Positions 13,335-25,490 of a stretch of 64,000 nt of DNA are shown one piece after another. Each line of letters opens with the position of its first letter. Positions within the stretch are counted from its first letter, which is position 1. Both the position numbers and the translations under genes were made by a program. The notes beneath the pieces are model-generated. The model had not been told where the DNA came from, ran no database searches, and worked only from the letters and a program-made list of their open reading frames with translations. Source of the DNA: Callorhinchus milii (Eukaryota); the NCBI RefSeq assembly GCF_018977255.1, contig NW_024704742.1, positions 107,572,001 through 107,636,000 of the forward strand. The letters run 5' to 3'.

Positions 13335-13590
13335 TCCATGGATAGCTCCTTGAGTTTATCCTGTGAGTGGCGGATCCATGCAGACTGGTAAGATCCCAGA
13401 TTACATCCCCAGTTTGTGCTGAGTTACCTGATCTCAGATCGGGCAGCACAATAGAGCAGGTGTAATTGGACTGTGAACAGTAAAGGGAAACATAATTGTT
13501 GAGCCTGACACTACTTGTGTCAGCACCAATTCATGAGTAATAGTCATTTGGTTAGGAACCAGAGGGTATTCTGCAGTAGTGGAACTGTAC
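13335..13590 (+). mobile_element. Ancient SINE-like element, unclassified; related fragment at ~17820-18005 (-)
   Basis: GGATAGCTC...CCCCAGTTTGTGCTGAGTTACCTGATCTCAG resembles old gnathostome SINEs from recall; heavily decayed. Confidence 0.35.
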
Positions 13591-13619
13591 TTTAATAGAA
13601 GGAAAATGAGAGAGGAAAC

Positions 13620-13985
13620 TTGATAATAAAGAGACAGATCTTACATTTTACAGCATCTTATCATGTGTACTTCATAGAAAATTTGCTGTCAAGTGTAATG
13701 ACTTTTATAGACAAAAGCAGTAACATCTGCGCTAACAAATACCATGAGATGAAAAATGAATTAATATGTAGGGAAAAACTTTTTAATTAGAGTTATAACA
13801 CTTTTAATATCCACTTGAACAGACAGTTGGGACTTTGGTTTAATGACCCCTCCAAAAGTTGCAATTTCCAACACTGCAGTACTCCGAGCCCCAGTAATGC
13901 ATTGAAGTGATCTCCTGACATAGGGCTTCAATTTACAATCTTCTAGCCTAAAGTCGAGTGTGCTATCAATAAACCAAACAGACAA
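13620..13985 (-). mobile_element. Old DeuSINE
   Basis: Reverse strand has ...ACTGCAGTGTTGGAAATTGC...TTAAACCAAAGTCCC..CTGTTCAAGTGGATATTAAAAG, as in 27275-27692. Confidence 0.6.
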
Positions 13986-14224
13986 AGGCATTGTAAATGC
14001 AACAACAATTTATATGTTTAGCTAATATCTTTCACATCAGGAGAACATCACACAACAAACTGGGAGCCGCGCTGTGGGTTGGAGGGACTCAGGGATGGAG
14101 AACCAGAGAGCGGGTGGGTTGAAACAAAACTGGGGAGAAGAGGTGTTAATAGTGCAGAACAGGCAACACATCAGAGAGAGACAAAGAGCGTCTGGGGTGA
14201 TGATTATAATGATAACAGAAGATA

Positions 14225-14900
14225 AATCAAAATTGAGGCCAGAGGGCTGTAGGGTCCCTAGCAGATAGATAAGATGCTGTTCCTCAAACTTTCGCTGTGG
14301 ATCATTGGAACAGCGTAGGAGACCATGGAGGGAGAGGTCAGACTGTGAATGGGAGTGTGAGTTAAAATGGCAGGAAACCGGAAGATCATTCTATCTTGCG
14401 TATCGAACAGAGGTGTTCTGTAAATCAGTCACCCAATCTGCCCTTAGTCTCCCCAATATAACGGAGACCACACCGTGACCAGCGATATGCTACATTGGTG
14501 TAGTACATGTAAACCGCTGTCTTACATGGAAGCTGTGTTTGGAGCCTTGTAAAGTGGTCTGGGAGGAGGTGAAAGGGTAGGTATTACATCTCTGCGCTGG
14601 CATGAGAAGGTGCCAGGGGAAGGATAGCAGCTGATAGTACTGACGGTGGAATGAACTAAGGAATACCAGAGGGAACGATCTCTTCGGAATGCAGACAGAG
14701 GAGTGGAGGGAAATATGTGTTTGGTGGATGAGTCACACTGGAGGTGCCGGAAATGTCAGAGAATGATGTGCTGAATATTGAGGCTCGTGGGGTGGTAGGT
14801 GAGGACTATAAAGGACCCTATCACGGTTCCGGGATGGGGAGAAGGGGTAAGGGCAGAAGTGCGGGAAATAGGGTGGACACGGTCAAGGGCCTTGGCTATT
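14225..14900 (-). mobile_element. Penelope-like retroelement remnant (RT C-terminus, Zn linker, GIY-YIG endonuclease)
   Basis: Reverse translation gives PGTFSC...CNTYPF...QGSKHSFHVRQRFTCT...YIGETKGRLGD*FTEHL...LPVSCHFNSHSHS...RKFEEQHLIYLLGTLQPSG, with stops and frameshifts. Confidence 0.9.
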
Positions 14901-15500
14901 CAACAATAATAACAAAGAGGAAGATGTTGAAGAATCACCACAAAATTGACAGAAGTGAATTGCACAGAACTTTCTACCCATGAACATGGGCATAACAGTC
15001 AAACCATAGTGGAGGAGGAGAAGACATAGGAAGCATTACAGAGATTTACTTTGGTCAGCTGTTCTTTGACACATGCGGAAGGCCTTCACTATGCTTAAAG
15101 GATCCAAACCAGACATATGTATGCCACCTACAAATGGAAATGTCCTTGCATCTGGAATGAAATGTGTACTCTCTCTCCTAGAGGGACACACCCTACTTAC
15201 CAAATAAAATGCACAGTCTAAACACTTCAGTGTAAAAATCTTGTGAAGCTCTTTGAGTTGTTCACCCAGTGTGAAAGGTGCTGTATCAAATGAAGGATTA
15301 ATATTATTTATTGAATTCCACATATGAGGCTTTAAGAGTTGAAGTTTGTGGAATTGTTGTATAGTTTTGAAAAGATTGGCCAATGTCTGTGTCAATTCCA
15401 GCACAGATAGAATTGCCTTATTGAACACTGAAGTTAGCGATATTTTTCGAGTAGTGCTATGGGATCTTTAACATCGATTGAACAGGCAGATGGTACCTCG

Positions 15501-15579
15501 GTTTAAAGTTTCATCCTTAATAAGACTCTTTGAAGACAGCTAAACTTGCCTGAGTCTTATTAAGGATGAAACTTTAAAC
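15501..15579. repeat. Perfect 28-bp inverted repeat with a 23-nt spacer
   Basis: GTTTAAAGTTTCATCCTTAATAAGACTC (15501-15528) and its exact reverse complement (15552-15579), between two DeuSINE fragments (~15440-15515 and ~15580-15795). Confidence 0.95.
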
Positions 15580-18009
15580 ACTCTTTGAAGCTACGCTGGG
15601 ACAGATGTTAAAGTAATTGGTTGTGTATTCTGTAAGCAAACACCGCAGCCAATTTGCGCATAGCAATGTCCCACAAACAGTATTAAAGTAAATGATCAAT
15701 TTTATCTTGGAGTTGTTGGCCAGGACACAAGGAGAAGCTCCCTTCTCTTTAATGTCCACCTGGACAGACAGGAGGACCTTGTTTTAAATATCTCCTCGCA
15801 TTTGGAGTTGGAGGAAAGGATTGTCGTCCATGGGAAGGTGGCGAAGGAGTTGGTTTGTGACGGAGAAGAGCCTGGGTTTTTCCCTGGCCACCAGGATGTA
15901 GGAGGAGGAGAAGGACAATTTGACTGAGACCAGGGCAGAGTGACAGATTTTGGCCTAGTCCAGTCAAATCTGACAGTGGACCATTAGGTTGGATTTGACA
16001 GAGATGTGCAATGTTGCGGAAGTTGGGGAAAGCTGAATGGGTCCAAGCACGGATGTGGGTTGAAAGGACAGTTGAGAGTCGAACAAAACACTAAAGTGGA
16101 GTGTACATCCATGTACATTCATTAAAGGAATAAATCCCTATTTTCTCACTGTTCTTATCAGGCAATCCCATTAAGAAATATCCAAATACAACCCCAGCAG
16201 TGAAAGGGTAAAATTATATTTAAGGCACACATGTTAAGAATTCAGCTGCACATCTGCTTTGATGATATTTGCTATTCCTGTTGCTTTGTCCCCTTACACA
16301 TCCAGCCCAATACAAGGATGCTCATTATTAATTAAGGAAATTATAGATCTTAGTTTCCAATCTTTGGAAAATGATGCTTCATTTACTAATTTATTCATTA
16401 CTCATTAATTTTGTAAATTGAGTTTAAAACAAATAAAGTATGTGATTGTCAGGGGACTTGGAACAAGGATTTTAACAGGAAGAGTGTTTGACTTTAATGA
16501 TTCTTGAATATTTTTAGATTTTGCGCATCTGTGTTAATTGTTTCTAGACTTAAACACAGTTAATACAACACTCATCAAAAGCAAAGTCAAAATAGGAAGT
16601 ACTTCTATTTTGGAGCTTCAAAAGCATTTTGGAAAAAAGCTGTTACAAAAAGAATAATATTCCTGAAGGCATTGAGATGCACATCTGAATATGACTGTAA
16701 AAAATGGATTTACATTTTGATGAATATAAACAGTTGGTGCACAAAGAAATCTGAAATAATTTGATTTGAAACCAGGCAGGGTTCCATGTAATTGCTCTTG
16801 TTAAGTGATGCACTGCACTGTGCAGTATACCAATCTTTGGCAATGCATCACAGATTGAGAATAGAAACTCACTAGTGTGCTGGAGACACACATCCTACAG
16901 CAAAACATTCAGAACACTTCACAGCAGAGTAACTTCATTATGCACAGGACAAGGAGCTTTGACAGACGATAGTAAGTTTTCAGCCACCGAAACTCATATA
17001 CAGTAATGGTTCCAAGGTGACAACAGTGTCGGAATCTAGCCAGCCTTGTGTGCCGGTCTCAGTGGTCCGGTTCCTGAGCCAGGTGAGTCTACAGTATTCC
17101 AGGGCACTGTTGATGATAGGACAGCCAACCTGCTCATCAGCAGATCAGTAATTCGGGGCAGGGATTCTTCCCACTCAGCTCCTGTTAACCCTGTAAGTCA
17201 AAGCCCTTGCTGGTTAGATTCCAGCAGTCCTCCAAAGCACATTCTGGGGTGCCCAAGCCTTGGTTTTTGTCAACCTGTGTCTAATAGTTTCTAAAATTAG
17301 GTAAGGATGCATCTTTCCAGGGAGAGAGAGCACGGGTTATTGTAGACCTCAGTAGTCTGGCCTGTGTTGTTTTATTCCCTAACCATCTTTATTTTGTATA
17401 TATTATGTTTGCTTATACATTTGTTATATTGTTGAAAGCAAGAGATGTAAATTCCGAGGGGAAGTATTTTACTTTCAATCTATTCCCTCCAGCTATAGTG
17501 GAAAATATATTTAGAAAATAATAGCAGACCTTGGAGTCCATCACACAGCATGCAGATCGTAAACAAAAGCAATTGTTTTGTTATACCTTTATAATAGGAT
17601 TGCTCATTACAAAGACTTGTTTCAGAGACCGGCATATAATAAACCCTTTTGTAGCAAGGGGTTCTCACATTTAGCACATGCTCAGGAATGCCTCTTCAGC
17701 CACCAGCCCACATCAGTGACATATGTTACTGAATATATTGGGTATGACCCAAAGTGGCTTCTTCTTTTATTACGAGTTCTTCACCCCACCCACCCCCCCT
17801 GCCCCTCTTCTCCTCAATATCCTGGGGAATGATTCTATGACCAATGGGTGATATCTAGCCTAAGTAAACATTCTTGATGTATGAGGCTAGACAGTAGCTG
17901 TTGTGTTCACAATCTATTCAACTATTGGACATCAAACACTATCCTGACTATATCCCCAGCTGACATCCACCAATTTGTATAGTGATCAGGAGGGAGAATC
18001 CTGATTACA

Positions 18010-18116
18010 TACATAAGAACATAAGAACATATGAATTAGGAGCAGGAGTAGGCCATTCGGCCCCTCAAGCCTGCCCCGCCATTCGATAAGATCATGGCTG
18101 ATCTATTCTAACTCCA
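18010..18116 (-). mobile_element. CR1 3' terminal fragment interrupted by an L2
   Basis: ACATAAGAACATAAGAAC...AGGAGCAGGAGTAGGCCATTCGG matches 54721-54830; a short continuation follows the L2 at ~18706-18719. Confidence 0.9.
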
Positions 18117-18705
18117 ACAACAACAACAAGATTCCATTTATAGAGCGCCTTTCACGTCGGGAGGATGTCCCAAGGCGCTGTACAGTTGGGTCAGGACCCG
18201 AGCAGGGGGGAAATGGTCAGGGTGAGGGGAGGGAAGGGAGGGAGCGAGGAGGGGGTAGAGAGTCGAGAGGGGAGCTGAAGGCACGGTCAAAGAGAAAGGT
18301 CTTGAGACCGGCCTTGAAGGAGGAAAGGGAGGAGGCGGCGAAGGCACTGGGGGATAGAGTTCCAGAGCCTAGGGGCTGAGAGGCTGAAGGCCCGGCCACC
18401 GATGGTAGGGTAGTTGGGGCGGGGAATGTGGAGCAGACCGGAGCCAGAGGAATGGAGGGTATGGGCAGGTAGGTAGGGGGATAGTAGGTTGGAGAGGTAG
18501 GAGGGAGCAAGGCCGTGAATGGCCTTGTAGGTGAGGATGAGGCTCTTGAAATCGATCCTCTGGGGGATGGGGAGCCAGTGGAGACGAGCGAGGGTGGGAG
18601 TGATGTGGTCCCGAAGCCTGGTGCGGGACAGTACACGAGCTGCAGAGTTCTGAATGACCTGCAGCTTGTGGAGGGAGGTGCCGGGAAGGCCGGCGAGTAG
18701 AGAGT
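18117..18705 (-). mobile_element. Young L2 3' fragment
   Basis: Near-identical to 9153-9745; ORF contains LQVIQNSAARVL...LHWLPIPQRIDFK; (TTG)n tail. Confidence 0.97.
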
Positions 18706-19200
18706 CCACCTACCCGCCTAGGTAATGCTGCTCTGTGTTTAGAAACCCTTGCAGGAATCCAAGAGCCTGTTGTCTTTTGTATCTAATTGCGATTCCAGAG
18801 ATACTTATCGCACCACTTAATGGTTGGAGACTGAACAATTGACCAATTCATTGATAGCTGAAGAGAGGATTTTTAGAATTTACAGAGCTAATTGTTACAC
18901 GTTTTAACAGAATGCATCATTCAGTATGATTTAGGGCCGTTATACTTTCAGGAAAATTATAACCTAAGAGCAAAATGTGAGACCTGGAATCCCTCATGGG
19001 TTGAGCTTTGAAATTGAAGATTGTGCAGAATTTTGGAAAATCCTTAAATTCAATCTTATTTCAAAGTCTGTGTTCTGCGGATATTAAAACCAGAAAACTG
19101 GCTTCCAAATTTAGGAACATAGGAACATAGGAATTAGGAGCAGGCCCCTCGAGCCTGCCCCGCCATTCAATAAGATCATGGCTGATCTTCTAACCTAACC

Positions 19201-19520
19201 TGGAGTCCTGTAGCTCAGTGGTTAGAGCACTCGCTTTGCAAGCGAGAGACCTGAGTTCAATTCCAGACAGGGCGAAACCTTGGGCAAGTTTCCTTACTCC
19301 ACACACCTAATAATAATCCCTCCAAAACCAAAAACAATAATAAATTGGTCATTTTCAATCTACGACTATTTGTGGGAATTGCTGTGCGCAATTGGGTGCC
19401 ACGTTTGCCCACAAATATACAGTCAATTCACCTTACAGTGTGTTCAGTGAAGCGCTTTGGGACGTCCTCCCGACATGAAAAGCGCTATATCAAATGCAAG
19501 GATTATTATTATTATTATTA
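19201..19520 (+). mobile_element. Young full-length SINE: tRNA-Ala(TGC)-like head, Deu-like core, L2-like tail
   Basis: A box TAGCTCAGTGG, anticodon arm CTCGC-TTTGCAA-GCGAG, B box GTTCAATTCC, tail GGGACGTCCTCCCGACATGAAAAGCGCTATATCAAATGCAAGG(ATT)n. Confidence 0.95.
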
Positions 19521-19885
19521 TCTGCCCACTGTATCCCCATATCCCTTAATCCCTTTATCAACAAATCTATCAATCTCAGACTTGAATATTTTCAAGGACT
19601 GAGCCTCTACAGCCCTTTGGGGTAGAGAATTCCATAAATTCACTACCCTCTGAGTGAAGAAGTTTTTCTTCAACTCAGTGCAAAAGGGCGTACCCCTAAT
19701 TTTAAGAAACTATAGTTTCTCCAACCAGGGGAAAAAGTCTCCCACTATCTATTCTGTCGTGCCTCTTAATAATCTTATAGGTTTCTATAAGATCACCTCT
19801 CATTCTTCTATATTCTAGAGAATATAGGCCTAAATTGTTCAACCTATCCTCATAACTCATCCCCTTCATCCCTGGTACCAACCTA

Positions 19886-19995
19886 ATAATAATAATAATC
19901 CTTGCATTTGATATAGCGCTTTTCACGTCTTCTAGACGTCTCAAAGCGCTTCACAGAATATACTGTAAAGTGAATTGACTGTATATTTGTGGGCG
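19886..19995 (-). mobile_element. 5'-truncated SINE tail inserted in CR1 ORF2
   Basis: Flanked by AACCTA at 19880-19885 and 19996-20001. The uninterrupted site ACCAACCTAGTGAATC is present at 55201. Confidence 0.92.
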
Positions 19996-22900
19996 AACCT
20001 AGTGAATCTACGTTGTACCCCTTCCAAGGCGAATACATCCTTTCTTAAATAAGGAGACCAAAACTGCACACAATACTCTAGGTGCTGTCTCACCAGGGCC
20101 CTATACAGTTGCAGCAAGACTTCCCTACTCTTATATTCTAACCTTTTTGTAACAAAGGCCAACATACCGTTAGCCTTCCTAATTGCTTGCTGTACCTGCA
20201 AATTAACTTTTTGTGATTGGTGTACAAGGACACCCAAGACTCTCTGAACGCTAACACCATCTAGTCTCTCCCCTTCTAAAAAATAATCTGCTCTACTGTT
20301 TTTGCCACCTAGGTGGATGACTTCACACTTCCCTACATTATACTTCATCTGCCACCTATTTGCCCACTCACCTAGCCTATCTATATCTCGTTGCATTTTT
20401 TTAATGTCATCCTCGGTGTTTACTCTCCCTCCTAGTTTAGTGTCATCCGCGAATTTGGATATATTAAGTTCGATGTCCTCATCTAGATTGTTGATGTAGA
20501 TTGTAAATAGGTGAGGCCCAAGCACTGATCCTTGTGGCACTCCACTAATCACATCCCGCCAATCTGAGAAGGCCCCATTTATCCCTACTCTTTGTTTTCT
20601 TCCCGTTAGCCATTCTTCAATCCATGCTAATATATCTCCCTTAATTCCATGGGCCCTAATCTCATGGATCAACCTTTTATGCGGCACCTTATCGAATGCC
20701 ATTTGGAAATCTAAATACACTACATCCACTGATTCCCCCCTATCTAATATCCTTGATATGTCCTCAAAAAAATCTAAAAGATTTGTTAAGCATGACTTCC
20801 CTTTTGTAAAGCCATGTTGACTCTGCCTAATCTTGTTATGGTCTTCCAGGAATCACATAAACGACATCTTTAATTAAGGACTCAAGAATTTTCCCTACCA
20901 CTGAAGTCAGACTAACTGATCTATAGTTCCCCATCTTCTCTCTCCCACTCTTCTTAAATAGTTGTGTTACGTTTGCAATCTTCCAATCAATGAGAACCGT
21001 TCCGGAATCCAGAGAATTTTGGAAGATCAAAGATAAGCCATCCACTATCGCAGTAGCCACCTCTTTTAAAATCCTAGGATGTAGGCCATTATGGCCAGTA
21101 GGTCTAATTATATTGTGATCCTCTAAGTATCCCACTACGGCATCCTTAATTAAGGATTCTAGAATTTTCCCTACTACCAATGTCAGACTAAATGGTCTAT
21201 AGTTCTCCATCCTTTCTCTCCCACCCTTCTTAAATAGTGGTGTGATGTTTGTGATCTTCCAATCAATGGGAACTGTTCCAGAATCCAAAGAATTTTAGTA
21301 GATCAGACACAGGGCCTCCACTATCTCATGAGCTACTTCTTTTAAAACCCTAGGATGCAAACCATCAGGTCCAGGGGACTTGTCACTTTTTAATGCCAAC
21401 AATTTCCCTAGCACCAATTCTTTGCTAATGTAAATTTCCCTACGTTGCTCTCTATCATTAGCCCCATGGTTCATCTCTATTTCTGGTAAATTTCTTGTGT
21501 CTTCTAACATGAAGACAAAAGCAAAGTATTTATTTAGGGACTCTGCCATATCCTTATCCCTCATTATAATTCCTCCTGTCTCTGCCTGTAATGGACCCAC
21601 ATTTACTTTTGCTAGCCTATTCCTCTTCATGTACTTATAAAAACTCTTACAATCTGTCTTAATGTTCCTAGCTAGCTTACCCTCATAATCCATTTTCTCA
21701 CTCTTAATAAGCTTTTTGGTTTTCCTTTGTTGGTCCCTAAAACACTCCCAGTCCTCAGGTTTGTTACTCTTTTTCGCAGTTTTATAGACCTTTTCTTTTA
21801 GTTTTATACTTTCTCTAACTGCTCTAGTTAGCCACGGATGAACTGCTTTCCCTGTGGTACTCTTATTCCTCAAGGGAATATGTGACCGCTGAGAATTTTT
21901 GCACTACATCTTTAAATGTTTGCCACATTTTCCCCTACCTGACCCAAGGACTTAAAAGCCAATTACAACAGTCTAAACCTGTAAACCAGTTTAAAGATGG
22001 GAGCAACTTCAGACCACTTTGAGAGATTATTTGGAGCTGTCTAGATTGCTACATTTGTTTGGTACCTTCTATGTCTTTGCTGTTTACAAAATGATTAGTT
22101 GCATATAAATTTGCGTATGTGCTCAACTAATATTAAAGCACCCGGACCTCTCAATTCAAAAGCACAGTGTTTTTTTCAGTAACATCCTTTTATAAAACAA
22201 AATTTAATAAATGCTCTTAAAGTATCTTGAACACCATCCAAAAGACTATTTAGCCCATTTTAATCAAATATTATAACATTTCCCACTGATGAAGAATCTG
22301 CACTATTACCATGACCCAATAAATTAATGAAGTCTTTTTCTATCACATTGGAAGCTTTTATGTTTCAGTCTTATACTCATTATTCTAAAACTCTCCAATA
22401 ATGGCCTTGGAATCCCTACTGAATGCACATAATTACCTTCACAAGATAACCTCGAGTATTCTTTACAGACCCTGTAGAAAAGTATTGGAACACGTGAAGG
22501 AAATAATCAGAAGCAGGTCTTTGCTTTTCATTTATCAGTGCAGGAACTGGTTTTGATTCTCAAGCAGTATCTTGTGTCTGTGACACAAGTCCAGCCAGCT
22601 CAGTTGGTATGGCTTGTGATGCGTTTCCACAATGAATTATTTAAACAGAGACATTACTTAAATAGAGATATTACTTAAATGAAGTTGATGCACTGCATCT
22701 TAAACTGTGATTATGTTAGTGAACTAGAAAGAAATTCAAAAATGTGCCCACTTCTTGCATGCAATTGTTTACAGATTGCTTTGCAACTGGACCCTCTAAT
22801 TTCCATGCAGCTCTAAGCTGTGTCTCAATGTGTCTCATTGTGTCACACACCATTGCTGCACGGTGGCATGGTGCATTTGTGCTAAAACATTTTTTTAAAA

Positions 22901-24009
22901 GGTTTAAAATTATCAAAAGACAAAGAACGTCAGATGCAACAATCAAAAAGAGGTGCAAATGTGGTACGTGATAGAACCATAGAAAAATTGGGGCATAGAA
23001 GAAGGCCGTTCACCCCATTGTGTTTCTGCCAGCTCTCTCAAAAGCAATCCTTTCAGTCCCATTTACCTGGCCTTTTGCCCATATCCCTATAGTTGACTCT
23101 TGTTAAGGTCTTAAATTTCATCCAACAGAAATTTCAATTATATAGTTTGAAGAGAGTTTCAATTATTCAAATGTATCACTTTAACAAGCCGAAATCAGCC
23201 AAATGACCAGAATTGTGCAGATTCTAAACTGCTGAACAATGAAGACTATGAGGTGAAAATCTTAATGCGTGAATGACCCCGAATGGTGCTAATTAACACA
23301 TTGTCGAATAAAGCAACTGGGGATGTGTACTATCTACTGGCCCCCGGGTGTGCTTGAGGCATTCAACAATGGTTGCGTCCAAAAGATAGCTGCCCAGAAT
23401 TGGACTTCCAGATTACAGTTTTGGGCTGTCCATTAGTGGGATTAAGGGGTGACAGTGCACATTGCATTCCAAGATGTGTGAATTTCCATATGTAGGCTAA
23501 TATCCTAGTGTAGGTTGTATATTCTTAAGCACTGTTATGGGTTTCTACATATATCAGATAGCCGTCTGACCCCAAAAAAGTAAACAAAACAATCCAGTGA
23601 TGCCATCGTCTCACTAACTGGCCATCGAATGCCAAGATCTTAGAGCCAGAAGTCCAATGCGGAGACACCTTCTTGACAACATCATTGTGTTCACAATATT
23701 AACGTATCATAGATTGCAATTTTTACCCCCATGCTGTAGTGTAGGACATTTTATACAATGGTTGCTTGCAGGAAAATATTGAATGCATGCAGAAATAATC
23801 TTGGAAGTTAACGAACAATTAAATTTGACTAAAATATTGAACACAGTCGGTTAACACTCAGAAATAATGCTTTTCCAAAACCACTCATTGTGCTCAGCTG
23901 TATAAATAGTGATAATCTTAAGATGCCTGATGGATTTTTTTAAAAAAAATCAAAATTGTTAAGGACTTAAAGACAGCAATCATGTTGCCTCGCAATTTTC
24001 TCTTTTCCA

Positions 24010-24310
24010 GTGTGAACAACCAAAATAATTGATGGAATGGAAGGACTGGACTATGAGGAGCAACTGAATAAATTGGGCATGTTCACGCTGGAAAGCAGAA
24101 GATTGAGAGACAACATGATTGCTGTCTTTAAGATTCTAAAGGGCTAGACAATATACATCGTGACAGGCTGTTTCAACTTTTCCAGAATAGCAGAACAAGA
24201 GGACATGGCCTGCAATTGAAGGGGGGTAAATTTAGAACGAATCTACGCAAACGGAAGGCAAACTAAATGGACCTTAGTCTTTTTTTGTCTAGGATTTCTT
24301 ATGTTCTTGT
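24010..24310 (+). mobile_element. Old CR1 3' fragment
   Basis: Reads GMEGLDYEEQLNKLGMFTLESRRLRDNMIAVFKILKG...RTRGH; TCTTATGT-type tail. Confidence 0.8.
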
Positions 24311-25089
24311 GTAGGACTTGTTATTGAGCAGGAAGTCTAGAAATTTGGCACAGGTAGAAGCACAAATCTACAGCAATAATCTTATGTTTATAATAATATA
24401 TAATCCTTGCATTTGATATAGCGCTTTTCACATCTTATCGACGTCTCAAAGCGCTTCACAGAATAAACGGTAAAGTGAATTGACTGTAGGCGATTTGTAG
24501 GCGAATTTACTCCATGTCTGACCTGGGGTTAGTCGGGAATATCTGAAAACTATTACTAAAAGGAAGAATATTGTGCAAAGGATGTATATAGCTGTTAGCA
24601 GGTGCGTCTTGGATTTGACGGCTGGTTGGTTAATTAGAAAGAACAAATTGCTTCTATAGTTTGGAAATAGACCACAATCCCAGAATTAAAAATGTGCCAG
24701 CAAATTTGTGAGTAGATATGGCATGTAATATGTTTTGCCATGCTTAAAGCGAATCAAATGTATCAATGTACATGTGAAATATTTTGGGTATTAAAACTAT
24801 TTGAATTTTATAGATTTATACATTATTAAAATTAGGATTAGCAGGAAGTCTGATTAAAGGAGTAGTTTCAGAAGTTATTAGTCTATTAATCGTTAGCGCA
24901 GTGAAATCTCATCATTCCAGAGGGTAATGTGTTTTACAATTTGTAATTGATGCAACATAATGTAATGTGCACTTATGCATAACAGCAAACACATGATTGT
25001 GTTTATACAGGGTCCATCAGTTTGCAGGTTCTTATATTTTAAAATGTCCAGTTTAAAATTTGAATTGTTTAGAAGTATGGAAATCACCT

Positions 25090-25490
25090 ATTTTTGCATT
25101 TATCTGGCACATTATCGTGTCCAGAATTACTCAAAGTGCTTCCCAGAATTAATATGAATTTTAGTGCCTGTATTAGTCAGCAAACATAGCAGCCAATTTG
25201 GACACAGCCACAGTGTCATGAAATGAAAGATATTTCTTTTTGTCTGGGGATTACTGGCCCAGACACCAGGAGAAACTCCTTTCTCGTAACAAAAAGTGTT
25301 ATAGGATCTTTAATGCATGCCTGAATAGGCAGATGGGAGCTTGGTTTAATATCTCATGAAAGATGGCATCTGTGACAATTCAGTACTGTGGAGTATTAGC
25401 CTAGAGACTATGATTTCAAAGTTCTGACATGAAGACTTTGAGCACACAATCTTTTGACTCATAGGAGAGAGTGTTACCAACTGAGTCAGT
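25090..25490 (-). mobile_element. Old DeuSINE
   Basis: Collinear with 27275-27692 from tail to head. Confidence 0.75.

Larger units (their letters stand above)
19113..21930 (-). mobile_element. 5'-truncated CR1 LINE (ORF2 linker, RT and 3' UTR) with two nested SINEs and an internal duplication
   Basis: [58 protein letters not shown]; (CCTATGTT)n tail at 19113-19130. Confidence 0.97.

Noticed and set aside
19202..19275. tRNA-Ala(TGC) gene
   Set aside because: T-arm and acceptor stem do not pair in canonical register, and it continues into a SINE body present in several copies; it is a SINE head.
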